A stretch of DNA of 64,000 bases from an uncultured Phycisphaerales bacterium. Its GTDB lineage: Bacteria; Planctomycetota; Phycisphaerae; Tepidisphaerales; Tepidisphaeraceae. This document shows positions 30,401 to 41,872 of this stretch, piece by piece. Numbering within the stretch: the first letter of the stretch is position 1; the number at the start of each line of letters is the position of its first letter. Position numbers and translations under genes: made by a program. A model generated the notes under the pieces. It was not told the origin of the DNA, did no database searches, and saw only the letters and a list, made by a program, of their open reading frames with translations. The stretch covers positions 416,001 through 480,000 of the forward strand of contig CAWBWQ010000001.1 in NCBI GenBank assembly GCA_963792535.1, read 5' to 3'.

Positions 30401-32858
30401 TCGTTGTCGTGGAACCGGCGGGGGACTCATTGACCGCGATCGTCTGGAGATTGGTTGAAGCCGTCCCGGTTGTTACGACGCTGGTTTGCGTCCCTAATCC
30501 AACGCCGGTGGCATTTACCGCAGCAACGCGATAATAGAGCGTCTCACCCGGCAGGGCGGTTGAATCTAAAAATGTATTGGCTGTTGCCGCGGCGCTGCTG
30601 ACCAGTGCATAGCCGGTGGTCGGTGACAGGCTGCTGTAGATGTTGTATCCAGTAAGTGAAGAATCCAGCACGGGAACCCATTGCAGGGCAACTCCGCCGG
30701 TGGTGTCGTTTGCGTACACGGCCGCGGGTGATGCAGCGCCGCCGGTGGACTGCGGCGTCGAGACGGTCACCGTGGAAGTCGGGCGGATGTTCCGGATCAC
30801 ATAGATATTATCCTGGAAGTCGAAATTCTCGGCGGCGCCGTTTGGATAATCGCCGGCGAGGATATACGTGTTTGGTACAAGGTTGCCCGCGGAATCGCGC
30901 ACGGGATAGAAGCGGAGCAGATGTCCACCACCGGCGTCACCGACGTTCTTGGCGTCATCGCTCCAGGTGTTGGGGTTCAGCATTTCAAAACCGAAGCTTC
31001 CGGTGGTTGTGAAACTGCCCGCTGCCGCCGCGGTGCCTGCGCTATTCAGGGGAAAGAAGCTCTGACCTACATCCGACCCGGTGCTTAAAATGGAATGGGT
31101 CGAGGTGCTTCCCTGCGCGAAATAACTGAGGCCGCTGGTATCGCCTTCGGTGTGATACGCGGCGATCTGTGTAACGCCGACCGGTTGTGTGGCGTCGGCG
31201 GATGTCCAGTAAGCCGAGGCCACTTCTTCGCCGTAATAAATCGGTGTGGATCCCGTCGAGGTGCTTTCGGTGAGAAAATTGATCTGGCTTGGATTGATCT
31301 GCGTTCCATACCCGAGCATCAGATTCACCATGGTCTGCAGATCGGGCTCGTTTTCATTTTCGCTGTGCTCCTGCCACCAGCCCTGCATGGGGATGACTGT
31401 GCTGGCTGCATTGGTGTCATTGCTGGAAATGGTCAGCAGACCTGGATAATCGCTGCCACCACCACCATTGCCGGCGCTGTTGGTTTCGTTTGGAGAATGG
31501 CTGTTGGCATTTGTTTGCGAGAGCACAAACTGAACCTCGATCGCCTGCGTCTGGCCGGATGTCAGGGTGAAGGGGAACGCCGGGGGATTGACGAGTTGAT
31601 ACTGCGTGCCGCCGTTGCTTCCGGTGGTAGCTGCAACAGTGATATTGCTGACGGTGAGGCTTCCCTGTCCGGTATTTTCCAGGGTGATTGTGTTGGTGTC
31701 GTGAACGGTGTCGCCGACGGTGGTGTTGGGATTCTCAATGCGGTTAAACACAAGCGTGTTACTGCCTGGAACGGCGGTCGGATTGATGACACTAAGTACC
31801 GGCCCGCCAGGGGCAGCGGGAGCCGCCGTTACGTTGCGGACGATTGCAACCAGATTCGTGAAGTCATAGCCGGCGGGACTGTACCACTCGGTGCTGGTCA
31901 TGATGTACGAATTTGGAACGACGGTGCCGTCTGAATTCTCAAGCGGGAAGAAGCGGAATTTACGCGGGTCGGTGGTGTCCCACGGATTTAAGGCGTCCTG
32001 CGTATGACCTGTGACCAGCACGTTATTCACCTTCACGGTGGCTGATGGGTTATAGAAACCAAAGACCGTGTTACCCGGGTCAAAGCTGGTCAACCCCTGC
32101 GGCTGGACATACACGCTCTGCGATTCAGACGCAGGGGTGTAGAACAACTGCTGCTGGCTGTTGAATGGATTGGATACGTTGTACCAGCCCAGTGTGTAAG
32201 GCTTGGTGGAAGATGCGGTGAACGATGCCAGAACATTGATAGTGACCGGACCTGCGCCGGCCTTGACCAGTTCCTGCAGCGCAACTTCATCGCTGCCGGC
32301 GGCGGGCGGTTCGGGGTAGTAAGCGCTGGCGGCATTTGACTCGCCGACATTTGCGTAATTGGGTTGATCGTAAGCCTGAAGGATTCGCTCGAGGGACGGT
32401 TGATTGCCGCCGCCGGTTCCAGCGGTACCGATACCGTGCAGCTGCACCTGCGCCAGGGGGTTGTTTGGATCGCTCGTCGAGACATCCAGCAGCGCGTAAT
32501 CCAGCCCGACGGCCGTGGCGGTGTAGTCCACCTGAAGGGCGAAAGATCCACCCGCCGCCAGCGTGGTCGGCGCGCTTCCGGTGTTCAATAAATAAAATCG
32601 AGCTGCGCTTTGCGTGCTCTGGCTGGGGTCGTTTACCACGCTGAGACCGTTCAAAGATAAAGGCGCGTCGCCGGTATTGCTGATGGTGAGTGTTTCTACC
32701 GGGCTGGCAACGTTGTTTTTGACGGCGTTGAACACCATCAATGACTGGCTCACGCTTAACGTTGCCGACATCAACCGACGATCTTCCATCCGCTCGACGG
32801 CAAACGAGGTGGAGGTAAACTTCTGGGCAAGCTGCTTCTGATGATTCTTGTTTCGCAC
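27432..32858 (-). CDS. giant secreted surface/adhesin-like protein (~1800 aa), split by several indels
   Basis: ERMEDRRLMS (LEPR-XLL-like) motif, ASH/choice-of-anchor-D-like Ig domains, FN3 (GYNIY..YYRVAAVN), ConA-like segment (AGIMARDSL..WVRLARVG), tandem Ig repeats (YTP..FVGTETLAYTV). Confidence 0.8.
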
Positions 32859-33067
32859 GCCGATTGGTCTCCGGATAAAAAAACGCTACTCCGCGGCATC
32901 GCGAAGGCTGGGAATTAACAAATCAAGGCCAGGCAATGTCGACTGAGCATTCACGCGATGGCGCAGGTCAACGTCTGAGTCTTATAAATCGGTAAGAGTG
33001 GGGGGGCGGCTGAAGTCGGCGCGGAACTATTTTGTGTGTCATTGCCGTCAGGGGATGTTTACCGCCG

Positions 33068-33118
33068 GTATCGGTCGGAAATGGGCATGGTTAACCGGGT
33101 GGGGCAGACAACCGATAG
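33068..33118. promoter_or_regulatory. back-to-back sigma28 (FliA)-like promoters
   Basis: Plus: TAAC-N15-ACCGATAG; minus: TTAA-N15-ACCGATAC, centred on the palindrome GGTTAACC. Confidence 0.5.
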
Positions 33119-33182
33119 CTTGAATGATGGGATTATCCGTTTGATCCCGTTATCGGACCCTTGCGCTTATCGTGGAGTTGCC

Positions 33183-33809
33183 ATGTCGGACAAAGCAGAT
33201 TCAAAGCCCTCGAAGGATGCCCCGGCGGCCGACAAAGGGCATGGCAAGGAAGATGCCGGCGCTAAACCAAAGGGCGCGGGGCTCATGGCTAAAACGCCGG
33301 TGCTTTTAGGCGCGGTAATGCTGATCGAGGCGGTTGTCCTCATCGGTGGAATCAAGTTCGTCGGCGGCGGTGCGAAGAAGGCTGAGGCCGTCGAACTTGT
33401 CGCTGATGGAGCAGGTGAGCATGGGGAAAAAGGGGAAAAGGGCGACGGCAAGACCACCGGAACGAGTGACAGCAAATCGGCGGTTGAATTGCAGCTGGTC
33501 GATTTTCGCGCACCTAACAAAGTCAGCGGGAAAACTTTCTTGTACGACGTGAACATCGTCGTGACCACCAAAATTCCAACCGGCGATAAGGTAAAAGATC
33601 TGATTTCCAATCACGACGCCTTGATAAAAGACCGCGTGCGGACCATTATAGCGGAGTTGGATCCTGAGAAACTGGGCGGTGGAAGCGAACCGGGCCTGGA
33701 AACGCTTCGCCGGCAGGTGAAATACCAGCTTGATCAGATTTTTGACGACTCGGGGCTTATTGACGACGTGCTGGTTCCACGGTGCATACCGTTCCGCACG
33801 GATTACTAA
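33183..33809 (+). CDS. fliL: flagellar basal body-associated FliL-like protein
   Basis: Single TM, IKDRVRTII..EPGLETLRRQVK; first gene of the flagellar export operon. Confidence 0.7.
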   Translation: MSDKADSKPSKDAPAADKGHGKEDAGAKPKGAGLMAKTPVLLGAVMLIEAVVLIGGIKFVGGGAKKAEAVELVADGAGEHGEKGEKGDGKTTGTSDSKSAVELQLVDFRAPNKVSGKTFLYDVNIVVTTKIPTGDKVKDLISNHDALIKDRVRTIIAELDPEKLGGGSEPGLETLRRQVKYQLDQIFDDSGLIDDVLVPRCIPFRTDY

Positions 33810-33908
33810 GCCCGCTGAAACGCAAAATCTGGTCGGGATCAACAGCGGTGAACAGGATGTTCCCGCGTGACCTGAAAAGTCGATGGCCGCTGCCAAGGAT
33901 GGTGCGAC

Positions 33909-34421
33909 ATGGCCGACGAATCCATTCCCGATTCTTCCCCAACCGATAACGAACACGCTTCGGATCCCATTGCCGATCTCGGCAACGCCAAGGCGTCGCT
34001 GGACAGCGTCGATGCCGATCTGGCCTCAGCGCAGGCGTCGATCGACGAGCTTCTGAAACAGGCGAATTTCGAAGATCCTTCAACTCTTTCTTCCATCGCC
34101 GAATCGTCAATCCCCACCCAGGCGTTTGATCTCCAGAATTTTGCCAGCCCCGTCGCGTCACATTCCGAAGCGAGCATCGAGTTACTGCGCGATGTGGACC
34201 TGAATGTGAAAATCGAACTCGGGCGCAGCCGCATGATGGTGGAGGATGTTCTCAAACTCGGTGAAGGCTCAGTGGTGGAACTCGATAAACTGGCCGGTGA
34301 CCCGGTGGATGTTTTTGTGAACGACCGACTGGTGGCACGCGGGGAAGTGCTGGTTTTGAACGACAATTTTTGCGTCCGAGTCAACGAGATCATGGCTGGT
34401 ATAAGAGAAGAGGGATTGTGA
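33909..34421 (+). CDS. fliN: flagellar motor switch protein FliN
   Basis: [41 protein letters not shown]. Confidence 0.92.
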   Translation: MADESIPDSSPTDNEHASDPIADLGNAKASLDSVDADLASAQASIDELLKQANFEDPSTLSSIAESSIPTQAFDLQNFASPVASHSEASIELLRDVDLNVKIELGRSRMMVEDVLKLGEGSVVELDKLAGDPVDVFVNDRLVARGEVLVLNDNFCVRVNEIMAGIREEGL

Positions 34422-35113
34422 CCCTTCGGCGGTTTCATATCGCGATCTCAATTCTGCTGCTGGTGTCACCGGCGGCAAACGGGCAAAGCACCCGACCCGC
34501 CGGGGCGACGGATCAGGCATCGGAACAAACCTCGCTTCGAATCAGCGACAGCGATGCCAAGGCAGCAGCGGTTCGCTCATCAGCCAGTCCTGCGGCCTCT
34601 ACCGGCACCGGTGACCTGTCGCGCATCGCCATCGCGCTGGTCGCGGTCATCTGTCTCATTCTTCTGCTCAGGGGTGTATTTCGGAATATCACCATCGGGT
34701 CGGCAGGCGGCAAGGGATCCAGGCTGGTCACCGTTCTATCCCGTTCTCCAGTGTCCCCCAAACAGCAGGTGCTGGTGCTGCAGGTAGGCAGGCGCCTGCT
34801 GATCGTCAGTGACAGCGCGGGGCACATGTCCTGCCTCAGCGAAATCACCGATCCGGATGAAATCGCAGCGATGGTGGGGCAGACCCGGCACTCAACACCT
34901 TTATTGCGATCGGCGGGGAGCTTCGGAAATTTATTTCGCCGTGCGAACGAACCATTCGGGGAAACCGATGCATTGCAGATGCCGTCGGAGGAAGAAGCAT
35001 TTGCTCCGGCAAGTACGCAGGAAGGTGTCTCGGCCGAAGAGGTCGGCGGTTTACTCGACAAGGTGCGGATGCTGCAGCAGCAATTCAACGAACCGAAACA
35101 GACTTCATCTTAA
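34418..35113 (+). CDS. fliO: flagellar biosynthesis protein FliO
   Basis: TM followed by [25 protein letters not shown]; position between fliN and fliP. Confidence 0.8.
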   Translation: MTLRRFHIAISILLLVSPAANGQSTRPAGATDQASEQTSLRISDSDAKAAAVRSSASPAASTGTGDLSRIAIALVAVICLILLLRGVFRNITIGSAGGKGSRLVTVLSRSPVSPKQQVLVLQVGRRLLIVSDSAGHMSCLSEITDPDEIAAMVGQTRHSTPLLRSAGSFGNLFRRANEPFGETDALQMPSEEEAFAPASTQEGVSAEEVGGLLDKVRMLQQQFNEPKQTSS

Positions 35114-35124
35114 GCGAGAGTGTC

Positions 35125-35965
35125 ATGCGATTTGGCGGGCTCGCAATTTCAGGGCGATGGTGGATGGCGGTCATCCCGTTGCTTGTGATGTCCGTCACCG
35201 TCTCCACTCGCGCAGGAAACCCCGCCCGAATCGCCACTGAGCGGACCTGTCGTGACTGCGCCGATCAGTCCACTGACAGCGCCGTTGAATCTGCCGGACT
35301 TCAGCAAAAAAGAGACTTTCTCATCGGCGATGCAGATCATCATTCTGCTGACCGTTCTGTCGCTGGCGCCGGCGATTTTGATCATGATGACCAGCTTCAC
35401 GCGGATCATCATCGTCTTGTCACTGCTGCGGCAGGCGCTGGGCACCGCCCAGTTACCGCCGAATCAAATTCTGATGGGGCTTGCCTTATTCATGACCTTC
35501 ATCGTCATGGGTCCGACATGGAACCGAATCAACAATGAAGCGATCGCACCTTATATGAATGGTGGTGAGCAGGGAATCGATCAGAAAGAAGCGCTCCGCC
35601 GCGCGGTCATACCGATGCGCGTGTTCATGGAAAACCAGATTCGACAGAGCAACAACGATGCGGATGTGCTGCTATTTTGCGAAGTGTCGCACGATCCGGC
35701 TCCTAAAAAATGGGAAGACGTCGGCACAATGACAATGATCCCCGCGTTTATGCTCAGCGAATTAAAGACGGCTTTTTACCTGGGGTTTAAAGTTTATTTA
35801 CCGTTCCTCATTATCGACATGGTGATCTCATCCGTGCTGATCAGCATGGGAATGATGATGTTGCCCCCGGCTCTAATTTCCTTACCGTTCAAACTTTTAT
35901 TGTTCGTTTTAGTCGACGGTTGGCACTTGATTACTGGCAGTCTCATGTTAAGTTTCGCAACATAG
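35125..35965 (+). CDS. fliP: flagellar export protein FliP (indel near 35212)
   Basis: [49 protein letters not shown]. Confidence 0.95.
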
Positions 35966-36109
35966 GCTGGCTTCGACATTTGATTCATGGAGGAATCACT
36001 GCGAGGCACGAAAGGCAGACTGCCTTTCGCGAAGAATTTGACCGCTGATCTGAGCGACCCGCCCTGTTCCGCTCAGTTGGTGGCCAACATCCATGGAAGG
36101 ATGTGACGC

Positions 36110-36373
36110 ATGAATCTCGACTCCGCAATGGACCTGGTCCGGTCCACTCTGATATTAGCCCTGGTTGTCTCCGCTCCGATGCTGATCATCGGGCTTCTTG
36201 TCGGTGTCATCGTATCCATGCTGCAGGCTGTTACGCAGATTCAGGAACAGACACTTTCTTTCATTCCAAAAATCGTTGCGATGGTCGGTTCTGCCATCGT
36301 GCTAATGCCGTGGATCAGTCATCGGTTGATTGAGTACTCACAGGCGATTTTTTCGAATAACCCGCTTCCGTGA
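36110..36373 (+). CDS. fliQ: flagellar export protein FliQ
   Basis: QAVTQIQEQTLSFIPK. Confidence 0.95.
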   Translation: MNLDSAMDLVRSTLILALVVSAPMLIIGLLVGVIVSMLQAVTQIQEQTLSFIPKIVAMVGSAIVLMPWISHRLIEYSQAIFSNNPLP

Positions 36374-36416
36374 TTTTGTTCTCCAAGGATTGACCGGGTG
36401 ACCGGTCAGGGTTTGT

Positions 36417-37202
36417 ATGCAACTCGGCGCCGCGCTCAGCTTCGTTCCGGTTTTTGTTCTCGTCGTGTTCCGCGTCGCGGGATTTATGCTGTTTGCGCCG
36501 TTGTTTGGTTCGGCTCGAATTCCCAAACGCGCCCGCACCCTGTTTGCAATTATTCTCGCGATGGGGATGGCTTCCAGCGTTAAGCAGCCTGCTGAGCTTC
36601 CTCCAACCTATGTCGCCTTGACCATGGTCATCGCCGGTGAGATGTGTTTCGGCCTGGCGATGGGCATGATTCTCAGCTTTGTTTTTATCGCCGCTCAATG
36701 GGCCGGTGAGATTATCGGTCAGCAGCTGGGTTTTAATATCGCTGAGACTTTCGATCCGCAGTTCGGGCAGAGCAGTTCGCTGATCGGTGACCTTTACTAC
36801 ATGTTGACGCTGGTTGTTTTTCTCGCCATCGGCGGGCACCGGCAGATGATTCGCGGCGTCCGCGACAGCTTCGATACGCTGCCGCTGATGTCTGTCGCAG
36901 TCAATCAGTCAGTCCTGGACCTGGTCATCCGCATGTTCGAAACCGCCACGATGCTCGCGCTTCGACTCGCTGCTCCAATCCTGGTGACCATGTTGATTGT
37001 TGATATGACGCTCGGATTTCTGGGCAAAACCATGCCGCAGATGAATGTGATGACCATGGGGTTGAGCATTAAAGCCATGGTGGGGATGGGCGTGCTGATT
37101 GTGGGACTGATGATGTACAGCACCCCCAACGTGTTGCAGGTCGCGATCGAAGAATCGATGACTACCGTTCGGCTTGTGTTGAGCCACGGGTTCGCCAGTT
37201 AA
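36417..37202 (+). CDS. fliR: flagellar export protein FliR
   Basis: Multi-TM, AGEIIGQQLGF, KTMPQMNV. Confidence 0.93.
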   Translation: MQLGAALSFVPVFVLVVFRVAGFMLFAPLFGSARIPKRARTLFAIILAMGMASSVKQPAELPPTYVALTMVIAGEMCFGLAMGMILSFVFIAAQWAGEIIGQQLGFNIAETFDPQFGQSSSLIGDLYYMLTLVVFLAIGGHRQMIRGVRDSFDTLPLMSVAVNQSVLDLVIRMFETATMLALRLAAPILVTMLIVDMTLGFLGKTMPQMNVMTMGLSIKAMVGMGVLIVGLMMYSTPNVLQVAIEESMTTVRLVLSHGFAS

Positions 37203-37288
37203 GGATCGTCACGAAGCGCGATGGGGGCACTGGCCCTCACTGTTGATCGCAAGTGCGGTCAATGTTTCGGACATCACTCGAAAGCAAG

Positions 37289-38381
37289 ATGGCTGACGAT
37301 AGCGCCGGCGATAAAACAGAAGCACCAACGCCCAAGCGGCGGCAGGAAGCGCGCGACCACGGTCAGATCGCGCAGCCCCGACCTCACCGGCGCGGTACTG
37401 CTGATCGGTGGAATGATGATGCTCCGCTGGTACGGCGGAGGCATCGTTAAAGTGCTCAGCGTCATGGTCCGCGAAATGCTCAGTGAACGTTCGCTGTCGA
37501 GTCTCAATCCGAGCGCCATCGGGGCTCTATTCTCCAGTGCAATCTACAATATTGGGATCGCGATCATGCCGCTGTTGATCGGAATGATGATCATCGCGGT
37601 GGCCGTAAACGTTCTGCAAACCGGGCTGAATTTTAATTTCGAACGGCTCTCGCTGAACTTCGCGGCGTTGAGCCCAATCGGTGGCTTTTCCCGGCTTTTC
37701 AGCGGTGGACAGGGATTGGAAAAGCTCGGCATGAGCCTGCTTAAGCTGGGTCTTGTCGGTCTGATGGCCTACTCCGCCGTCCATGGCCGTATCGCCCAGA
37801 TCGTTCTGGCGCAGGAGATGGGGTTCGTCCAGATCTTCGGGCTTGCCGCCGACATATTGTTCAGCATCGCTATCCGCATCGGTGTCCTGCTGTTCATCCT
37901 GGCCCTCCTGGATTTTGCCTGGCAGCGCTACCACATCGAACAAGGCCTGAAGATGACCAAGGACGAGGTCAAGGACGAAATGAAGAGCATGGAAGGCGAT
38001 CCCCGCCTGAAAATGCGCCGCAGGCAGATCGCCATGCAGCGACTAAAAGAACAACTTAAAAGCGACGTGCCAAAAGCTGACGTGGTGGTGACGAATCCCA
38101 CTGAGTTCGCCGTCGCTCTGCGGTACGACCCTGACACCATGGCCGCCCCGAAGGTGATCGCAAAAGGTCAGGGATACATCGCGGCGAGAATCAGGGAAAT
38201 CGCGATCTCCAGCGGTATTCCGATCCTGGAAAGAAAGCCCCTGGCCCGCGCCCTTTACAAGCTTTGCAAGGTAGGCCAGGAAGTGCCCGAACAATATTTT
38301 TCCGCCATCGCGGAAATCCTGGCGTATGTGTACGAGCTAAACGGGAAGTTCAAGCAGAAACATTTTGCAAAGGCCGGATAA
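37289..38381 (+). CDS. flhB: flagellar export protein FlhB (indel near 37375)
   Basis: KTEAPTPKRRQEAR..GQ, KMTKDEVKDE..EGDP, NPTE autocleavage-site variant. Confidence 0.93.
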
Positions 38382-38426
38382 CTGTCCCTGGTTGAGAGAG
38401 CGCTCCGCACTGACAAACTGTTAAGC

Positions 38427-40511
38427 ATGTCCGCTATCGCATCCAATCCTCTCTTCGCCCGCATCCACGAACATCGTGGGATGGTGTTCCCCATCGCCTT
38501 TATCGCGCTGCTGAGCGTGATATTGATTCCACTGCCGACGCAGGTGCTGGATCTTCTTTTGATCTGCAATGTCAGTCTCAGCGTGCTGGTGCTGGTGACG
38601 ACGATGTACCTGAAAAGTCCACTGGAATTTTCAGTGTTTCCATCGTTGCTGCTGGCGGTCACGCTGTTCCGCCTGGTGCTGAACGTGGCCACCACCCGCT
38701 TGATTCTGACCGGAGCCGGAAGCACCGCCGCTGCTGGTGATGTTGTCGAGACATTCAGCCAGTTGGTCACCGGGAGTTCACTTGCGGTCGGTATCATTAT
38801 CTTCACCATCATCGTGGTGATTCAGTTTGTTGTGATCACCAAAGGTGCCACGCGTATTTCCGAAGTTGCAGCCCGGTTCACGTTGGACGGTATGCCTGGC
38901 AAGCAGATGGCGATCGACGCCGACCTAAACGCTGGCAATATCACCGAACCCCAGGCCCGCGCCCGCCGCGAAGCGATCAGTCACGAGGCGGATTTTTACG
39001 GGGCCATGGACGGTGCCAGCAAATTCGTTCGCGGTGACGCCATCGCCGGCATTGTCATCACGTTTGTGAATGTTCTCGGAGGTCTATACGTCGGTATGGC
39101 CGAAAAGAACATGGGCATCATGAACTGCCTGCAGGTTTACACCAAGCTGACGATTGGTGACGGGCTTGTCAGTCAGATCCCCGCGTTCATTATTTCGCTC
39201 GCCGCCGGCTTGATCGTCACGCGCAACAGCAGCAAAAACGACCTCGGAAACGAAATGATTGGGCAGTTGTTCGCCAAGCCCAAGGCACTGGTGATCGTAG
39301 CGGCATTCATGGCATTTTTAAGCGTGTCAGGCATGCCCAAGATGCCCGTTCTGGTATTAGGCGCTTGCAGCGGCGGTTTGGCATTGATTATCACGCGCAA
39401 CGACAAGCAGGCCATGAAAGTTGCCGCGCAGAAGAAAGTTGCCGAATCGACCAAGAAAGAACCCGAGAAGGTAGAAAAACTCCTCGACGTGGACACGATG
39501 GAACTGGAGGTCGGTTACGGCCTGGTGAAACTGGTGGACGCCACCAAGGGTGGAGATCTGCTGGATCGAATCAGCATGATCCGCCGGCAGATTGCCATCG
39601 ACCTTGGCATCATCGTTCCGCCGGTGCGCATTCGCGACAACATGCAGCTTGGGGCAAACGATTACATTGTGAAAATTCGCGGTCAGTCGATTGGCAAAGG
39701 CGTTACATATCCCGAGCAATTCATGGCAATGGATAACGGCGCGACGACCGGACCCATTCCACACGCCGAGGCAACGATTGAGCCGGCCTTTGGTCTTCCG
39801 GCGTTCTGGATCAGCGAAAGTCAGCGTTCCGATGCCGAGCTTCGCAACTACACGGTTGTGGAAGCAACGGCCGTGCTGGCCACACACCTTACGGAATTGA
39901 TCAAAGGGCATGCTTACGAATTACTGACGCGCCAGGAAACCAAGAATCTGATCGACAACCTCAAGGCGCGTGTTCCCGCCCTGGTGGAAGAAGTGATTCC
40001 CACGCAGGTCAAGCCGGGCGAACTCCAGCGGGTCATGCAGAATCTGCTGCGCGAGCGCGTTCCTGTTCGCGATCTGGAGACAATTGTGGAAACGCTCGGC
40101 GATTATTCCGCGCGAACCAAGGATCTGGATGTGTTGACGGAATACGTTCGCCATGCCCTGGCCCGCACGATTTGCAAGCAGTACGTCGATGAGTCCGACA
40201 AGCTTTATTGCCTCACGCTCGATCCCGCGCTGGAAGAACTGGTGAACGGTCACCTCGAACGCGGCGAGCGCGGTACGACCAACACCATGCCGCCCGCGAC
40301 CGCGCAGAGTATTGTTCAGCAGATTTCAAATAAGGTGTTGGAACTGACCCAGGCAGGTCGCTCGGCTGTGATCGTGTGCGGGCCGCAGGTACGGGCGGCG
40401 ATAAGAAAGATGATCGAAGTCACAGTGCCGCACGCGGCGGTGCTTTCATATAACGAAATTGTTTCCGAAGTTTCCGTCGAGGCTGTCGCGTTGGTCGGGA
40501 TGAATGGTTGA
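38427..40511 (+). CDS. flhA: flagellar biosynthesis protein FlhA
   Basis: EVAARFTLDGMPGKQMAIDADL, FYGAMDGASKFVRGDA. Confidence 0.97.
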   Translation: MSAIASNPLFARIHEHRGMVFPIAFIALLSVILIPLPTQVLDLLLICNVSLSVLVLVTTMYLKSPLEFSVFPSLLLAVTLFRLVLNVATTRLILTGAGSTAAAGDVVETFSQLVTGSSLAVGIIIFTIIVVIQFVVITKGATRISEVAARFTLDGMPGKQMAIDADLNAGNITEPQARARREAISHEADFYGAMDGASKFVRGDAIAGIVITFVNVLGGLYVGMAEKNMGIMNCLQVYTKLTIGDGLVSQIPAFIISLAAGLIVTRNSSKNDLGNEMIGQLFAKPKALVIVAAFMAFLSVSGMPKMPVLVLGACSGGLALIITRNDKQAMKVAAQKKVAESTKKEPEKVEKLLDVDTMELEVGYGLVKLVDATKGGDLLDRISMIRRQIAIDLGIIVPPVRIRDNMQLGANDYIVKIRGQSIGKGVTYPEQFMAMDNGATTGPIPHAEATIEPAFGLPAFWISESQRSDAELRNYTVVEATAVLATHLTELIKGHAYELLTRQETKNLIDNLKARVPALVEEVIPTQVKPGELQRVMQNLLRERVPVRDLETIVETLGDYSARTKDLDVLTEYVRHALARTICKQYVDESDKLYCLTLDPALEELVNGHLERGERGTTNTMPPATAQSIVQQISNKVLELTQAGRSAVIVCGPQVRAAIRKMIEVTVPHAAVLSYNEIVSEVSVEAVALVGMNG

Positions 40512-40533
40512 ACGCAGGGAACCAGAGACTGGG

Positions 40534-41787
40534 ATGAATCTTCAGACATTCAAAGCATTCACAATGGCAGAGGCGCTTCAGCAGGTGAAGACCGCCATGG
40601 GCCACGATGCCGTCATCCTTCACACGCGCACGTATCAGTTGCGGCAATGGCTCGGTCTGCGCCGTCGCGAGATGGTTGAAATCACCGCCGGCCGCGGAAT
40701 CAACTTCACCCGCCGACCCCGGCAGGCGGCGCAAGCGCCGGCCGCTATTCCGGTGGCGCGGAAACCCATCGGCGCGAATCAGTCCGGGCTCATCTACGGC
40801 CCGGGGGCTGGTCGCAACGTCCTGGCGGCGCTACCGGGCGATCGAAGCAATCCGATTGAGAACGCAAAACAGTTCTTAGAAACCCCCGCGGCGGGCAATG
40901 CCGCCATCCTGAGCGTCGGGCAGGACATGGCCCAGCTCAAAAAGATGGTCGAGAAACTCGTCGTCGACAATCGCAAGATCCACTCTCCCAAGGTGCCCGA
41001 TGAATTGTTCGAGCATTACACGCAGTTGATCACCAACGAAGTCGCTGAGGAACTGGCCCAGGAAATTATCCGCACACTGCAACGCGAACTGCGACCGGAA
41101 TATCTCACGCAGGAAAAATATGTTCGTGAAAAACTTGCCGACCATATCGAACGATTGATTCCTTCCTCCGGTCCGATTGTTCGCAAGCTCACGCCCGGTC
41201 CGCACGTGTTGGTGCTCATCGGACCAACGGGTGTCGGAAAAACAACCACGCTTGCGAAACTGGCGGCGAACTTAAAGCTGAAAGAGCGCCATCGCGTCGG
41301 GCTGATCACGCTGGATACGTATCGAATTGCCGCCGTCGACCAGTTAAAGCGGTATGCCGATATCATCGGATCCCCGCTGCGCGTGGTCGGCAATCCAGAG
41401 GAACTCCGCGAAGCAATGGCTTCAATGTCGAACATGGATTTTGTGCTGATCGACACCGCCGGTCGCAGCCCCAACGATGTAATGAAGCTCGGTGAATTGA
41501 AGGAATTACTGGGAACCATCGAACCGGATGAAGTGCATCTGGTTCTCTCCAGCACATCGTCGCCGGGTTGCATTGATCTGGCCATCCAGCGGTTCAGCGA
41601 TGTGCGGGTGGACAAGATCATTTTCACCAAGCTCGATGAGGCGGCTCATGTCGGCGTCGTGCTGAACGTAATCCGCAAAGTGAATAAGAGCCTGTCATAT
41701 GTGACAACGGGACAGCAGGTTCCCATGGATATCGAGGTAGGACACGGGCGAATGCTGGCGAGGATGATACTTGGAGAAAACTCTTGA
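40534..41787 (+). CDS. flhF: SRP-family GTPase FlhF
   Basis: GPTGVGKTTT, DTYRIAA, DTAGRS, TKLDE. Confidence 0.95.
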   Translation: MNLQTFKAFTMAEALQQVKTAMGHDAVILHTRTYQLRQWLGLRRREMVEITAGRGINFTRRPRQAAQAPAAIPVARKPIGANQSGLIYGPGAGRNVLAALPGDRSNPIENAKQFLETPAAGNAAILSVGQDMAQLKKMVEKLVVDNRKIHSPKVPDELFEHYTQLITNEVAEELAQEIIRTLQRELRPEYLTQEKYVREKLADHIERLIPSSGPIVRKLTPGPHVLVLIGPTGVGKTTTLAKLAANLKLKERHRVGLITLDTYRIAAVDQLKRYADIIGSPLRVVGNPEELREAMASMSNMDFVLIDTAGRSPNDVMKLGELKELLGTIEPDEVHLVLSSTSSPGCIDLAIQRFSDVRVDKIIFTKLDEAAHVGVVLNVIRKVNKSLSYVTTGQQVPMDIEVGHGRMLARMILGENS

Positions 41788-41791
41788 TGGG

Positions 41792-41870
41792 TCGGTTTTT
41801 AGTCGTCGGTCGGAAGTCCTTAAGACGGGCAAGCCGACGACTGATATTCGACAGCTGACAACGGACAAAC
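41792..41870. repeat. degenerate heptamer/inverted repeat between flhF and flhG
   Basis: AGTCGTCGG..CCGACGACT and repeated GACA(A/G)C units. Confidence 0.4.
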
Positions 41871-41872
41871 AG

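Noticed and set aside
33183..34421. Absence of fliM between fliL and fliN as a novelty
   Set aside because: fliM may lie elsewhere in the genome; this cannot be judged from one window.
36018..36039. Hairpin CGAAAGGCAG-A-CTGCCTTTCG between fliP and fliQ as a c-di-GMP riboswitch
   Set aside because: Lacks the two-stem GEMM consensus; only a simple palindrome.
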